A DNA stretch of 64,000 nucleotides, from assembly GCA_030704615.1 (NCBI GenBank), contig CM060733.1:41664001-41728000 (forward strand), read 5' to 3'. The translations under genes were made by a program, and so were the position numbers. This document shows, in pieces, positions 26,724-38,761 of the stretch (within the stretch, counting starts at the first letter, position 1; the number at the start of each line of letters is the position of its first letter). This DNA is from Takakia lepidozioides. Taxonomy: Eukaryota > Plantae > Bryophyta. The notes under the pieces are model-generated. The model was not told the origin of the DNA. It saw only the letters and a list, made by a program, of their open reading frames with translations, and searched no databases.

Positions 26724-27419
26724 TATTGTAGACAGAGTAAGATAAAGGTTGACGCAAACACCTTAATCAGCCACTCACATTAACACATGCACACACACAC
26801 GAATATGCAAAGTACTGCTTTACTGAATCATAGGCATAAAGCTTGCACACGCTCAGGTGGATATGACATTCCACAGCTGGGCCACTAGTTGACTTAGACT
26901 GCTAAGACTAAGCCGTGAACCAGTGTTTTTTTTTCAAATTTTGAAAAGAACAGGACTGGCTACTGAGTTTTGCAGGAAATAGCCATATTTTCTGCTCATC
27001 CACTGAAATTTGGACAGAATCATCCTCCTCTGTACTTTCATCCATGTATATCATCCATATTAGGCAAATTCATCCAAGATTTTATTTTATTTTTGAGAAT
27101 TTTGGCGATTTCATCCATGAGGAAACAGGGAATTTATGACAGAATATTCGATTTTGATTTATGAGGTCGAAAAAGTGCGAAATTTTGCCATAAATAAAAA
27201 CACTGTCGTGAACACAGTGAGTCCCTGACACCAAGCTCACTCTCCAGGACACAGGACGAAAGAGAATGAGCTTGGCCCTGGAAGCGTCCTCATAAGCCAG
27301 AGGTGCGAGTGAGCAATCATGCTTGCATACAACGCCCAGCTGTGACACTGACTGGGCGGGAAAGTACATAGCCTACATTGCTCTGTACTGTATACATATG
27401 TTGTATACTACCTTCTACA
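26724..27419 (-). repeat. 5' LTR of the Copia element (contains the MITE)
   Basis: Repeat of 23392-23804; adjacent to the PBS. Confidence 0.9.
26921..27205. mobile_element. 285-bp non-autonomous hAT-like MITE inserted in the 5' LTR
   Basis: TIRs CAGTGTTTTT / AAAAACACTG. 8-bp TSD CCGTGAAC / TCGTGAAC (one mismatch). Absent from the sister LTR, which shows the empty site. Confidence 0.9.
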
Positions 27420-27924
27420 GGCGTCGGTAAAAGCACAGGGAAAAAACACGAGAAGAGCCAACAATGAGGCAAGGTGACAGGCCACCATGACTAAATCAGG
27501 GCTTACTGCCCAAAACACCCGCGCAACTCTAGTGAATGTCAAGTGAAAAATAAAACAAACAAACTACGCACTATTCGTCGCCTCCACCATATTTTGGACT
27601 AGAGAGAAAGTCGCTCTTCCTCTCCCTGGTGTCACAGAGATCCGGGAGAAGTAGATAGGAACAACAGGCTTCCCCACAAATAGACAGGCTTCGCCACGAA
27701 TAGGCTTGCCACATGTCTTGACATGAATGCCAACATAAAGGATTTTGCCTGCCTAGTATGGCGTATTTGGAGGAGGATTAAAAAGCAGAATTCTACACCT
27801 AATGCCACTCCCACATTATGCCATTTGCACTAGCACATTATGAAACATAATGTGTTTGATTAGGACTTGCAGGCCAATGAGAGGGCAGCAGACGCAATCT
27901 ATTTCTTGCCCTCGGCTGAGAAAC

Positions 27925-30532
27925 AGCGCTAAACCAAACGAAAGTGAGTGGGAAGGTATGCCCCTGAATCCTTTCACCCCAGGGCTTGCCCCTCCCAAAA
28001 CCAATACTTTTGTGTGCAGGTTCTGCAAACTTTCCCCGTCTTGTGTTTCTGTGTGCCACGCTCGTATGTACCAGGTGGCACACCGATGCAAGACAATGAC
28101 TCGTGACTGCATTCATATGGGTACACACGAGCATCTTGTGTCCAAAGGACGTTGCAGGGATAGCGTGGACATCGCTAGAAATCTGCTGAAGCAGGATTTC
28201 CACAATGCCCCTTGTGCAACACCTTCTGCTATAGCGCTTGCAGCTAGCAAGACATTCCTGGAAAAACACATACTGGGTGAAGGGGATGCGACACAACCAA
28301 TGCTGGATGCAGATTCGTTTGATGCAGTGATAGACCATTTCTCCGTGTTGAGCTATGTCCACAGTGGGCGAAGGCAATGGTGTGAGCATAGTCCGCCGAA
28401 TGCAACCTAGAGGAGATTTGGCTAAATGTTGATTAATGTTTGATCACTGCAAACGGGTGAAGGGTTGGACAACCATGGCGTGCCATGTGTACGATCCAGC
28501 GTATCATCGTGTGCTCTCCATAGCAATTTGTGATATGCAGTCGGAGGACACTGAATTCCAGATGCTAATGTGGAATTCGCTCCTGGCCGTCATGCAACGC
28601 AATGGAATACAGAACACAAATTTTGCGGGCTTCATGGCTGATAGTGCACAGGCAAATTTCAATGCAGTGCGGCGCGTGTTTGGTTCGGGGGATCCTAAGG
28701 TCCCAATGGAAAATAGGGAGCGCACATGCCTCTTCCATTGGAGTCAATCTCTGGCACGTCATACAAAGCGCTGCATTCGCCCTTACCTTCAGTTGGAACA
28801 CAGAAGGCTCTGTCTCAAGTACAAAAATGTCACCTCAATGGGAGAAGCTGAGAGCACTTACCAGGCAATCCGGGCTTGGTGGTTCTCCTCTAGTGCTGCT
28901 ACTGGTATCCACCTGAAGGAGTTGGAGGACTGGTTGGTTTTCTGGCACTTCAAGTACAGACAGTGGGGAGCTTTCATGACGACGGTAAGCCTCTTCAATC
29001 CCAGAAACACAAATTTCACTTTACATCGTGCCTGTTCGTTTGGGGTTGTTGGATTGTCACTTGCAGAACCTCTTCCATTTCCTTTCGTTCCTCACATTTG
29101 CATGCAATGCCTCCTACAGGACATGTCCTTGGAGGACTTGGCCGACATGCCATCCTGTAATTTGGCGGAGACTGTTCACAACGCCTGGATGCAGCAGTCT
29201 ACCAAAGCAGGACGTGACTTGTATGTGGCCATTGCTGATGACATGGTGCGGGCACTTACACAACAAACCAGGTACCGCAATTTTCTGATGGGACGGGGCG
29301 GAGGCAAGGGCCCTGATACAACTTTATTGATGCTAAGGGCTGCGAGTAGGTCCGGAGACCCATCGAAGATGGCCAGAGCTCTGAACAAGTGCACAGAAGG
29401 CTCCCATTTGCAATCCAGGGTCCCCCATTTGGAAGGCGAGGAAAGATTTGGATCATGCAAAAGAAAATTGAACACTCCTCCAGGGTCGGATGGAGATTCC
29501 CATCGGCCAGACAGGGTCAATTTCTCTGTACCAAAGGTGTCTCCAGTGCAGACTAAGTCGTGTGCCCGCCCCTTCCCAGGTGGGTCCTCCTCCAGTGGAG
29601 CAGGTGCAGATCATGCAAACACAGCAGCAGGAATCCCACTGGAGGAGGTGGTGGCCATAGTGCATGAATCTGATTGCATTGATAGTGAGTGGCATATAGA
29701 ACGCACCCCACCAGGATCTAGAGTGGCTTGCATGGCAATTCAGACCCCCTCTTTCAAGAAATGCAAATCAAAAATATGCAAAGGCTCCAGGGGGACTCCA
29801 GCTCCAACATTCACAGGGTTGTTCCGACCTTATCATAGTGGGGAGTCAAAGGACCACAAGTTCTGGTTCTGCCCAGACGATATGGCACGATGCGTCAAGG
29901 GAACAGTTCGTCCTTCGGTGATAATGAAGCCCCCTCCCCCCGCAATTTGGCCTGTGAAACTTGGGACGTTGCTGTCATCAACCGAGATAAGCATGCTGGA
30001 GGAGGGAGGGTTCTGTCTTGCACGGTCCCGGGTGGTGCCCTCATGCACTGTCGGCACAGATGTGCCACATGCTCCGGCAATGCCTCCACCCGGTGCCGAC
30101 TCCCACCCAACAAAAAGAGATGGAAAAACAGTGCGCCGTGTTGCTTCGAGTGCAGATCACGAATGCAAGATGAAATCGGCTAGAATTTTGCAAGCTCGGG
30201 TGACTCGTATCACCGAAGTCCCTGCCCCGGGGTACGGACAGATTTACACAGTGCTGTCTATTGGCTCAGTTCTTCATGGCAAAGAATATCAGGTTATCGT
30301 GGGGAATTTCCCTACGTGCACTTGTCCAGATTTTGTAACGATGCGTGAGGGCGCTCTCGGCATGAGAGGGAAGTGGGTCCCCTGTAAGCATCAATATTAC
30401 ATATACCTTGTAATTATGTGCTGCGACGGTAAGAGAGACCAATTCATTCACCAAGCCACACTAGGCTACAGAGAAGTCATCACCCTTCTGCAGCGGGACA
30501 CCTCACGTAGGGCTCCGCCAAATTCTCTTTGA
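27925..30532 (+). pseudogene. GCM/WRKY-like + MULE-type DDE + SWIM transposase, copy 1 (5' truncated, internal deletion near 28360-28435; intron 28985-29119)
   Basis: MFDH (D1), FMADSAQANFNA (D2), CLFHW (CxxH), CNLAETVHNAW (E), SWIM CTCPDF...CKH. Paralogous to 56776-60284. Confidence 0.75.
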
Positions 30533-31284
30533 ACACATACGAGCCATGCCCGCTTCCCATGCTGGTTTCCAGGTTACCGTGTGAAGACTTTGCATTTAGG
30601 ACAAACACATACATTTCATTCACAGAACCAGGGCAAATGCACATGCCATTCATTGTAAGCGTCTATCTGTGAATTGAAATAAAGTGTGTCAATCATTCTG
30701 AGCTCAAATCTGCCATATTTTCATATTTCTATTCCTCTTTTTGTGCAGGCATTGCAGACATGGTGCATGGTGGCCCCCTTTGTTTTGTCCACGGTAATAG
30801 GCCCTCTTCCTGCAATCCTCGCCTATAGGACCTGCTTCTCCAGCAGATTTGTGCCGCTCACGCTTCCCTGAAGCGTGAGCTCAGCTCCCAGGCTCACGGG
30901 GCTGGGCTCACGCCGTAGCTACGCTGCCAGGAGTCCAAGGTTGCATGGGGGGATTAGTGAAAGGGGATCAATTATGGGATCAGTGATCAGGGACTTTGGA
31001 CACTCAGGATACCAGGGGATCAGGACCAGCAGATCTTTGATCCGACAATGTGATTTTTATCGGCCTTTCACTGGCCATAGGAGGGCTCATGTATTCCCCT
31101 TTCATTGCTTTCACCGGATCTGCATGAGGGGTTTCATTCAAAGGGGATCAGGGGTTCAATGAAAGGGGATCAGGGGATCACGAGCAGGGAGCACTTATCA
31201 GAGATTCATACTTGTATCTGATTTTGTGGTGGTCCTGTTGTGGTATTGTAGTGGCCTTGCTAATGCCGTTTTGTGGATGGTTCA

Positions 31285-31880
31285 GGCATACGTTCCCAGG
31301 GGTGCCGGTTTTCCTGTGTCTTTGGCATGTACGAAGGGCCTGGCTGAGGAATGCCATCGAGAAGATCAAGGATGCCCAGTTAAGGGCTGATGTCTTGCAA
31401 GGTATGGGTGACATCATGTACAATAAAGGTGGTCCCATTGGTGACTCTTCACAGGCCTGGGCTGTGTTTAGATTGTATGAGTTATAAATAAAGTATCCCG
31501 CAGCTAAGCTGTTCTTCTTGTATATCCACAAATGGTGGATCCCGAAAGTGGACATGTGGGTTGTTGGAGCTCAAAATATCCCACATGTCGGACAAGATAC
31601 GAATGTTGGAATTGAAGCGTACCATGCGAACCTGGAGAGGCGCTTGTCCCAAACAAGACAAAAAATGGACGGGCATCGACTGGATTGGTTGGTCTACATC
31701 CTAACAGGTAGCCTCCTCACACATTACTGGTACATTTTGACCTTGAAAGCTGAAGGGTTCATTCGCAACTCTAGGATGGAACATTTCGTGCAAAATGCGG
31801 TGTGGATGGCTGGGCAGATACCGGAATCCAATGTGGAATTGCCCGAGCACATGGGGGATCCTGCAAAGGTAAAAAACATG
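31285..31880 (+). pseudogene. Fragment of a different MULE/SWIM-type transposase, cut by a CACTA insertion
   Basis: FPGVPVFLCLWHVRRAW (CxxH), DTNVGIEAYHANL (catalytic E region), RLDWLV. In-frame stop at ~31485. The frame runs into CACTAG at 31881. Confidence 0.75.
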
Positions 31881-32699
31881 CACTAGAAGCATTCGTGTCA
31901 TTTACCACTGGGGTAACGACTCATTTTGAGTCGTAAAAATCAAAAAATTGGGATCGACTGGAAGTTACAAACGACTAGTTACAACAGACGTGGTAGTTGG
32001 GTTGGACATCCAATGATTGGAGTGGTAAAGGACGCAGACGCGTGAACAACTGCTCAGCGATTAATGCGATTAATGTTGAAGAACCACGTGGCGTAACCAC
32101 GCGGGCCGCCCGTGTGTCTGACCTTTTGGTTGACTTTGACTTTTCCCTCCGGATGAGTGGACCGACTCACCGAAGCGCGGTGACACATGGACGCGGACGT
32201 GGACGACGATGTGGACGCCGACGTGGTGGCGCCATGACGAGCAGCACTGCTGCCACGTGGCCACGGGCCCGGGGCGCCACGTGGTAGTAGACCACATAAC
32301 TTGCAGTGCTACATGCCCAGTGGCAATTGCGATTGAGGAAGTTGGCGCAACCACTGCTTTACTACTTTACATGAAGTGCTCAAAATTACTTGAACAATCA
32401 TTCATAGTGATTCATGCTTTGGAGTTTTGGTGTTTGTAGTGAGTCGACTAATAATGCCATACAAGAGAACTAATCATGCATTAGAAATGCACAAACGATG
32501 AAAGACATGCCATGAAACAAAATGAAATGAAAATGAATGAAATGAAACAAAATGGTACTTTATTACATCTGCGGAAAGCTCAAAGAGCTTATGGGACAAA
32601 ATGAAAAACACAAAGTAAAAAAACAGCCCAAAAGCTATTGCTGCTCTGGGGATTGCCTAAGGGTCAAGGCCTCGTGCAAGTCAGCTGCCAAGCAGTTCT

Positions 32700-33640
32700 G
32701 ATCCTCATAATGCAAGACTTCAGTGAGTTCCACGGAATAGACCATCTACCCATGGAGGTTTCTTGTAGTTATTGATCCATAGGGAATCATAGGTAATCTT
32801 GTGCTTGAAATTTGGCCCTTTAGGATGAATTTGGACCACACTCTATCCCTGCTCCTTCAGCTATCCATGCCCCTGCACAAATCATGCATTCATCCTCGCC
32901 TTGCTGCTAGTAGCTGACAATGACAACCTACATTTGTTCTAGGAAACACCCAACTCAGCTTATCACACTAGTTCATATGCTCAATTGCGTCTGCTACTCT
33001 CTGAAATGTAGCAGGCATTCACCTTTTTGCCTCGGTTGTCCCATCATTGACTGGGGGCAAAAAAGTATTCATTCCACAGCTTGTCCTCATGTCTGTTACT
33101 TGTTTTTTGATACTTTCATGTTGTCACATAGCAGTATCATGTCAAAGTCACTCCAAACTAGATTCACTCAACCAGCTAACTTGCAGAATTCAACATGGAA
33201 ATTTTGGGCCGATTCTGATAAGAGGGAAAAACAGGGTGAAATGTGCTGAAGAAGATGCCTTCATTAACAATGTCTGATTTTATCAACTATGTCGTTGCTG
33301 CCAGTTGACCATCTACCCATGCAGGTTTCTTGTAGCTTCATAGTTAATCTGGAGCTTGAAGTCCGGCCCTCTTGGGTGAATCTGCACCCACACTCTATCC
33401 TTGCTCCTTCAGCTATCCATGCCTCGCACGAATCATGCATACAACCTTGCCTTGTTGCTAGCAGTTGACGATGATAGCCTAGACTTGTTCTAGGAAGCAC
33501 CCAACTCAACTTATCACACTAGTTCCTACGCTCAATTGCATCTGCTACTCTCTATAATCCAACAAACATTCACCTTCTTGCCTCGATTGTCCCACCATTG
33601 ACTGGGGTAAGAAAAGTATTCATTCCACAACTTCTCCTTG
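32700..33640 (-). pseudogene. Two captured, intron-containing OSB-type PDF-motif cassettes
   Basis: Spliced peptides WNEYFSYPSQWWDNRGKK|IHPRGPDFK and WNEYFFAPSQ*WDNRGKK|IHPKGPNFKHKITYDSLWINNYKKPPWVDG. Confidence 0.7.
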
Positions 33641-33864
33641 TCTGTGTTACCTGTTTCTGATACTTTCCTGTTGTCACATTGGCAGAATCATGTCAAAGTC
33701 ACTCCAAACTATCAAAGCTTCACTCAACCAGCTAACTTGTAGAATTCAGACATGAATAAATAGGGGCGATTCTGATAAGAGGGGAAAACAAGGTGAAATT
33801 GAAGAAGGTGCCTTCATTAGCAGTCATTACACTCTATCCTTCGCTCAGCCATATTGTTGAACAC

Positions 33865-33975
33865 TCCCTGTCCACAAGGGTATTGTTCAGAATGACATCT
33901 GCCACAATTCCAGCTTTGACGATGCAACCATGGACCTCTTTGCCCTTCCCCAGCAGGCTCGCACATGCACTACAA
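33865..33975 (-). pseudogene. PLS-class PPR fragment
   Basis: SACASLLGKGKEVHGCIVKAGIVADVILNNTLVD. Confidence 0.75.
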
Positions 33976-34948
33976 ACGCAAAAAAAACTGGTTGTGGCAA
34001 ACTGGGAGTAATATGTGTAAAAAGAAACCACTGATACAAATCTACAGCTTGCAGGTTGTCTCTATTCTCAAAATTGGCAGCACATCACCTGCTGCTATGA
34101 CATATATTGCCCTAGATACACATTGCCCTAACTGCCATCCCCCAAGATGCTACCCCCACCAGACTTCTCTCACTTGGGTCCTTGCAAGGCTGACTTCCAG
34201 CTTTGACTCTGTGCGTGGGGCCTATCAGACAACATATACCAGCAAGCCCTCCCCCTATCCTGCATCAACTCATCTCAGTCTTATCAACTGCACAACGTGT
34301 GATAGGAGTGAGTGCAACATGAGAAAGAGTCACAACACATGATGAGCTGTAGGGAAGAAGCAACATCGTGCAAGTAAAGCAAATGATGAAGCAGAAAGAC
34401 GAGGCAACATGGGAGAAGGGAAAATGGGGTCCAAGGGCTGAGAAGGTCAGCTGGTCAACAATGAGGAACTGGCTCTGGAGCACTATGTTGACGATTAAAG
34501 GGAGCAGCAAATACATGTGGGGCATCGCAGCAAAGTGCATGCCAACGAGGGTCAGAATAGTGCAAGAAAGACTCCACGGATGGTGGGTAGCCAAGGGAGA
34601 TGCAGTGAGACAAGGCACTCATGGCAAGGGAGCTGCCAAGACAAAACAGTTGATTAAGCTACGGAGAAAAAGGAAAGCACAAGATCAACTACGAGGGAAA
34701 GTAGACTTTTTGATCTAATTTAAATGTTTACAGAGCCTGGTTGGTCATATCTTTGTCAAATGAGCTCCATTTGACTCAGTTTTTGAGGGGATAGCTGCAG
34801 AAAGGGGAAATCTGGTTTTTGCTTTTGGGACTCTGCTAGAAATCTATGGAATTTTTAGAGTGTGAGTGTGCCATGAAAGATCCACAATCCTGTTTCTAGA
34901 ACCTGTTCTGGTCTACATGAGAGATAAATCTGGGGATGTATTCCTTGT

Positions 34949-35698
34949 ATGGCTGGGGGAAATGAGGACGTAATTGAAGGGCAGATCTCCTCTCTTAGCC
35001 TGTGCACCCAAGGGGACAAGATTTATGTTTCCCAAGGAACTCAGACTGATTTGAGTGAAGAACAGTTGGACGAGTTGATTGCATACTGGGAGTCAGGCAT
35101 TAGCAGTGGACAACAAAATGCTGTAGTTGGCGTTGAGGGCCTCAATATTGCCTTGGACAGTCAGAACTCTGTTGGAGCCAGCAGTTCTGCAGCTGTAAGT
35201 GAAATACCAAAGTGGGTGAAAGCTAGGCTTGGAACACAGCCAAAGACAGCCCCGGGGACCAAGGTGTTCAGCCACAAGGCTGTGGTGTATTGGAGTAGAG
35301 GAGCAGGAGCTACACAAGTTTGTGCAATCAGACAGCGTTGCAGCCGGACACGCTCTGCACAAGGCAACCACGAGCGGGGGTTCATTAGCGAGGACAAGTT
35401 TGTTCTGTTTGAAGGAGATGCAGTCATTCGCAATGAGGATACCCGTAACCGTCTCAAAGCTTTCGAGTTGAGAGACTATCAGACCCTACCTTTGTTTTCT
35501 TTAGTGTTCAGTGAGCGGGAGATAGCAGAGTGTTGCTTTGTCTCTACCTGGCAGAAAGAGGAGGAGGGTTGGTTAGAGCGAGCTACTGTAGCTTGGGACA
35601 AGGTTAGTGGCAGGTTTCTGGACATAGATATACCTCCTACACCTTACCATCATGCAGAGCGAGGCACTTTGAGAGAAGTCTGGCAGTTGATAGCATAG
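34949..35698 (+). CDS. Uninterrupted 249-aa ORF of unknown function upstream of gag
   Basis: ATG-to-TAG open frame with no recognised domain. Membership in the Gypsy element is inferred from position only. Confidence 0.4.
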   Translation: MAGGNEDVIEGQISSLSLCTQGDKIYVSQGTQTDLSEEQLDELIAYWESGISSGQQNAVVGVEGLNIALDSQNSVGASSSAAVSEIPKWVKARLGTQPKTAPGTKVFSHKAVVYWSRGAGATQVCAIRQRCSRTRSAQGNHERGFISEDKFVLFEGDAVIRNEDTRNRLKAFELRDYQTLPLFSLVFSEREIAECCFVSTWQKEEEGWLERATVAWDKVSGRFLDIDIPPTPYHHAERGTLREVWQLIA

Positions 35699-36318
35699 AT
35701 CAGGATTAGATCTTGCTTGGGCGGGCTTCTATTCTTCCCCTCTATCTCTGTACTATTTTCATTACCTTGTACTTGTAGTTGCCAAAGCCTCTCTTGGTGG
35801 AGGCCAGTCAGTCCGGGTTTTGGGCTGGGCTATTCTGCAGGATCAGCATTGCAGCTGGATTTTGGTGTGGGGGTGTTGATGTTTTGATTTTTTGTGTTTG
35901 GATCCCCCCCAACACCTGCATGCTTGACTGTGCGCCATGTTGGTTTTGTGTGGGCGCTTGCTTTCATAGGGATTAGGCCGGATTTGATCACCGGTCAATC
36001 CTAGAGTATGCTGTCGGTGGTGAGGCTGGAGTGATGACCAGCAAGACCACCAGTGTTTCTTCTGTGGTGAGACTGGGTTGATGACCAGCCAACCATAGGA
36101 GTTCTTGCGGTGGATGCAGGTGCAAGTGCCCTGAGCCACTGGCCCTGACCCTTAAACTGCAACAGGTGCCCACCCGTGTCACTATTAGAATTAGTACTAG
36201 AGCCTTATAGTGTCACGTGGGGGAGGTGCACATTGTTAGTGTCATCACGGAGTTACCCAAGGGTTTTGAGGGGAGTACGGCTACAGGTAGTAACAGTGAG
36301 AGTGGGTTCACAAGATGA

Positions 36319-37510
36319 GGTATTCGGTTCAGACCACCTTCACCTCCACCCTCAACTACTGTAGAGTCTGACACAGACCCGGAGGCTTCATCAACAAGTG
36401 TGCAGTTTGCTTCGCCATTGTTGTGGGACGACATGGAGGAGATGTATGGAGCTACCAAGGGGCCTCGTAGGTACTCTGGAGCTGTGGGCACAATCGAGCT
36501 GGATGACTTTATCCAGGAGTTCGACAGTTGGTGTGATTTGCAACAGATGCGCAATTCACAGCTGTTCACCCCATTCATGGCGTGGAAGGGATTGTTCCAG
36601 CATTTGGAAGGCCCGCCTATGGACGATTACCACGAGTTCAGGCAAGGACATGAAGCAAAAATTGAAGAGTGGAGGATGTATTGGTCACCTGACTATGTCT
36701 CCATTACTCGGGGAACAACACGACCAGTAGCGGCATCAGCACCAATACCTCCCACGGCTAGCATTAGTAGTGGAACAGGTAATGCCAGTACTTCTGCAAA
36801 AGGTGCTAGTACTCATCCTCCCACGACTACAACACATGTGCCAAGGTTCAGCCCGGTGGTGGAGTTCTTCCAGGAGTTGTGGAGGAACTACCAAGGTGTA
36901 CGGACTGAGAAGCTGCGAAGTTTGCAAGACTTCCAGCGCAAACCCAGTGAGAGCCTGCGAGAGGCGTACAGTCGTATGAGGCGCTTGATAAGTGTGACCC
37001 AAGGGGTTACTAAAGCTCAGGCAATCTAGTTTTGGTATGGAATTTTGGACAAGGAGCTCAAGAGAAGGGTGCGAGATGCAACCCTCTTACAAGCAGCCCA
37101 ACCCACATTAGCAGATGTGTTTCTGCTGGCTGAGCGGATTGAGCTCAACATGGTGGAGGAGCAAGTTGTTACCATTGGATTTGGCAAGGACATGCTTGCA
37201 CGAGGCGCAACTGCCAGCCCACAGGCACAAGGGACTGCCCAACAACGTGGTCAGGGGGGCAAGGTTGCCCAGCCCAAGTTCCATGGAGCTTACAGGGGAC
37301 CTCAGGTGCAGAGGTCCGTGGCATCTTTTGCAGGCCAACAGCAACCAAGGGTGATATATTGGACATGTGGAGGACCCCATGTCAAGAGAGATTGCCCAGA
37401 GAGTGGCAGAAGGCCGGCACAAGCACATCCTGCACAGTTGCAGTGTGGGCATTGTGGCAAGTATGGGCATGGAGATTTCCAGTGTTATGACTTGCACCCT
37501 GAGTTGCGCC
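36319..37510 (+). pseudogene. Gypsy gag (capsid-like region and two zinc knuckles), premature TAG at 37027
   Basis: LDDFIQEFDSWC, FQRKPSESLREAYSRMRRL. Knuckles YWTCGGPHVKRDC (first Cys lost) and CGHCGKYGHGDFQC. Frameshift at ~37510. Confidence 0.8.
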
Positions 37511-38761
37511 CAAAGAGGACGAGGTGGCCGGGCACGAGGTGCAGGCCAAGGGCAAGCTCAACATGGCCAAGGACGCGGAGGTCAGGGTGTTGACCAAGGC
37601 ATGGCCAACCGGCTTCACCAGCTAGAGCAGAGGCTCCCTGCCATGGCTATAGCTCAAGCAGTACCGGCTCCCGGGCGGGATGGTCCACCTCCTGTTCCTG
37701 AGGGAGGAGATATGGGAGGCATGGGATTCATGTGTGGAGCAGCGCTACCACTAGAGCAGGTGGAGTCTGCTGCAGCCGTGACTCGAGGAGCATCACGAGT
37801 CCCTGAGCCACGAGGTGCAGAGGTGGAATTGGATCCACAGTGTGGGGAGGCAAGCCGTCAGGCGAGGCTTTCTCAGTCATTCACATTGGCGGAGACTGTG
37901 TCGACGCCATCCATGGCACCTAGTTCTCGCCCGACTGTTACCGAGGCGGAGGTCACTATGCCATTGGGGAGAGCTACACGTGCAGCACTGACACCTGCTA
38001 CCAAGGCTAGTGCGGCCAGTGTGTTATTGGGGGCAGCCACCTCTGTGTGTCAAGCCCCACTGTTCTCGGCAACCATGATTGCGACGCCGGGAATAAGACC
38101 AGCTGCAGTGTTCAGACTAGCAGCAACACTCTGTGAGAGTGGGGAGGTCACTTCATCTTCTACGGAGTTAGTGGAAGGTGTAGTGGCAGAGGGATCCTCG
38201 GATTTGAGGGTCAAGACTGCCACGGCTGCGCCCTGGCAAGCTGCAGCTGCCAGATTGACGGAGCTGCCAGCTAGGCCAGCCTTTGAGCGCGCCATGGTGA
38301 CACTTGGAGTTGTCTTGTTAGACAACCATGAGGGCATTTTCTCATTGAGTGGACCGACAGGCAAGAAGTACTGGCCACTTCGGGTCTTGTTGGACTCGGG
38401 AGCTCAGCCACTGATGTTGGGCAGAGCTGCTATCACAGGTTTGGGCCTCATGGAGGCGGATATGGAGCCTTGTCCTTTCCAGATACAGACATCTATGGGA
38501 GGATCAGAGCAGGCTCGGGGCATGACACGGCGTGAGTTGGCCATTAGACTGCAGCCGGATCATCCTAGAGATGGCTCAGTGATGCGAGCCAAGGCCATTG
38601 TGACAGACGCGGTCTCTTACGATGTCCTCGTTGGTGGGGCAGTGTTATACCCCATGGGCTTCACCCTGGACTTTTGGGAGGAGTCAGCATCCTACAGGCA
38701 TGGATGGCAGTCAGGGGATGGTCGTCGTGCACAGCTCCCTGTGACATTCATTGGGGGTATT
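37511..38761 (+). pseudogene. Gypsy polyprotein linker and aspartic protease
   Basis: VLLDSGAQPLMLG, IQTSMGG, YDVLVG. The frame ends only because CACTAG supplies a TAG. Confidence 0.85.

Larger units (their letters stand above)
23392..27419 (-). mobile_element. Decayed Ty1/Copia LTR retrotransposon with both LTRs and a 5-bp TSD (GGCGT)
   Basis: Direct repeats at 23392-23804 and 26724-27419. TSD GGCGT at 23387-23391 and 27420-27424. PPT (minus strand TTGAGTGGGAG) at ~23805-23815. PBS GGTTATGGGCCC at 26712-26723 (minus). gag and RNase H remnants lie inside. Confidence 0.92.
31881..34050 (-). mobile_element. End of a CACTA (En/Spm) element, CACTA-1; partner TIR not found in the window
   Basis: Starts CACTAGAAGC exactly where the MULE ORF breaks. 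Subterminal inverted motif acgactc...gagtcgt. Carries the same PDF/PPR cargo as the CACTA-2 right end. Right boundary approximate. Confidence 0.65.

Noticed and set aside
32060-32290. Cluster of CCACGTGG G-box palindromes as a regulatory module
   Set aside because: It lies in the CACTA subterminal region and is most simply transposon end sequence.
34298-36178. 5' LTR ending at AACA 36164 with a tRNA-Lys-like PBS (GGTGCCCACCCGTG)
   Set aside because: There is no second LTR to confirm it, the PBS match is imperfect, and the gag frame may extend upstream through this site.
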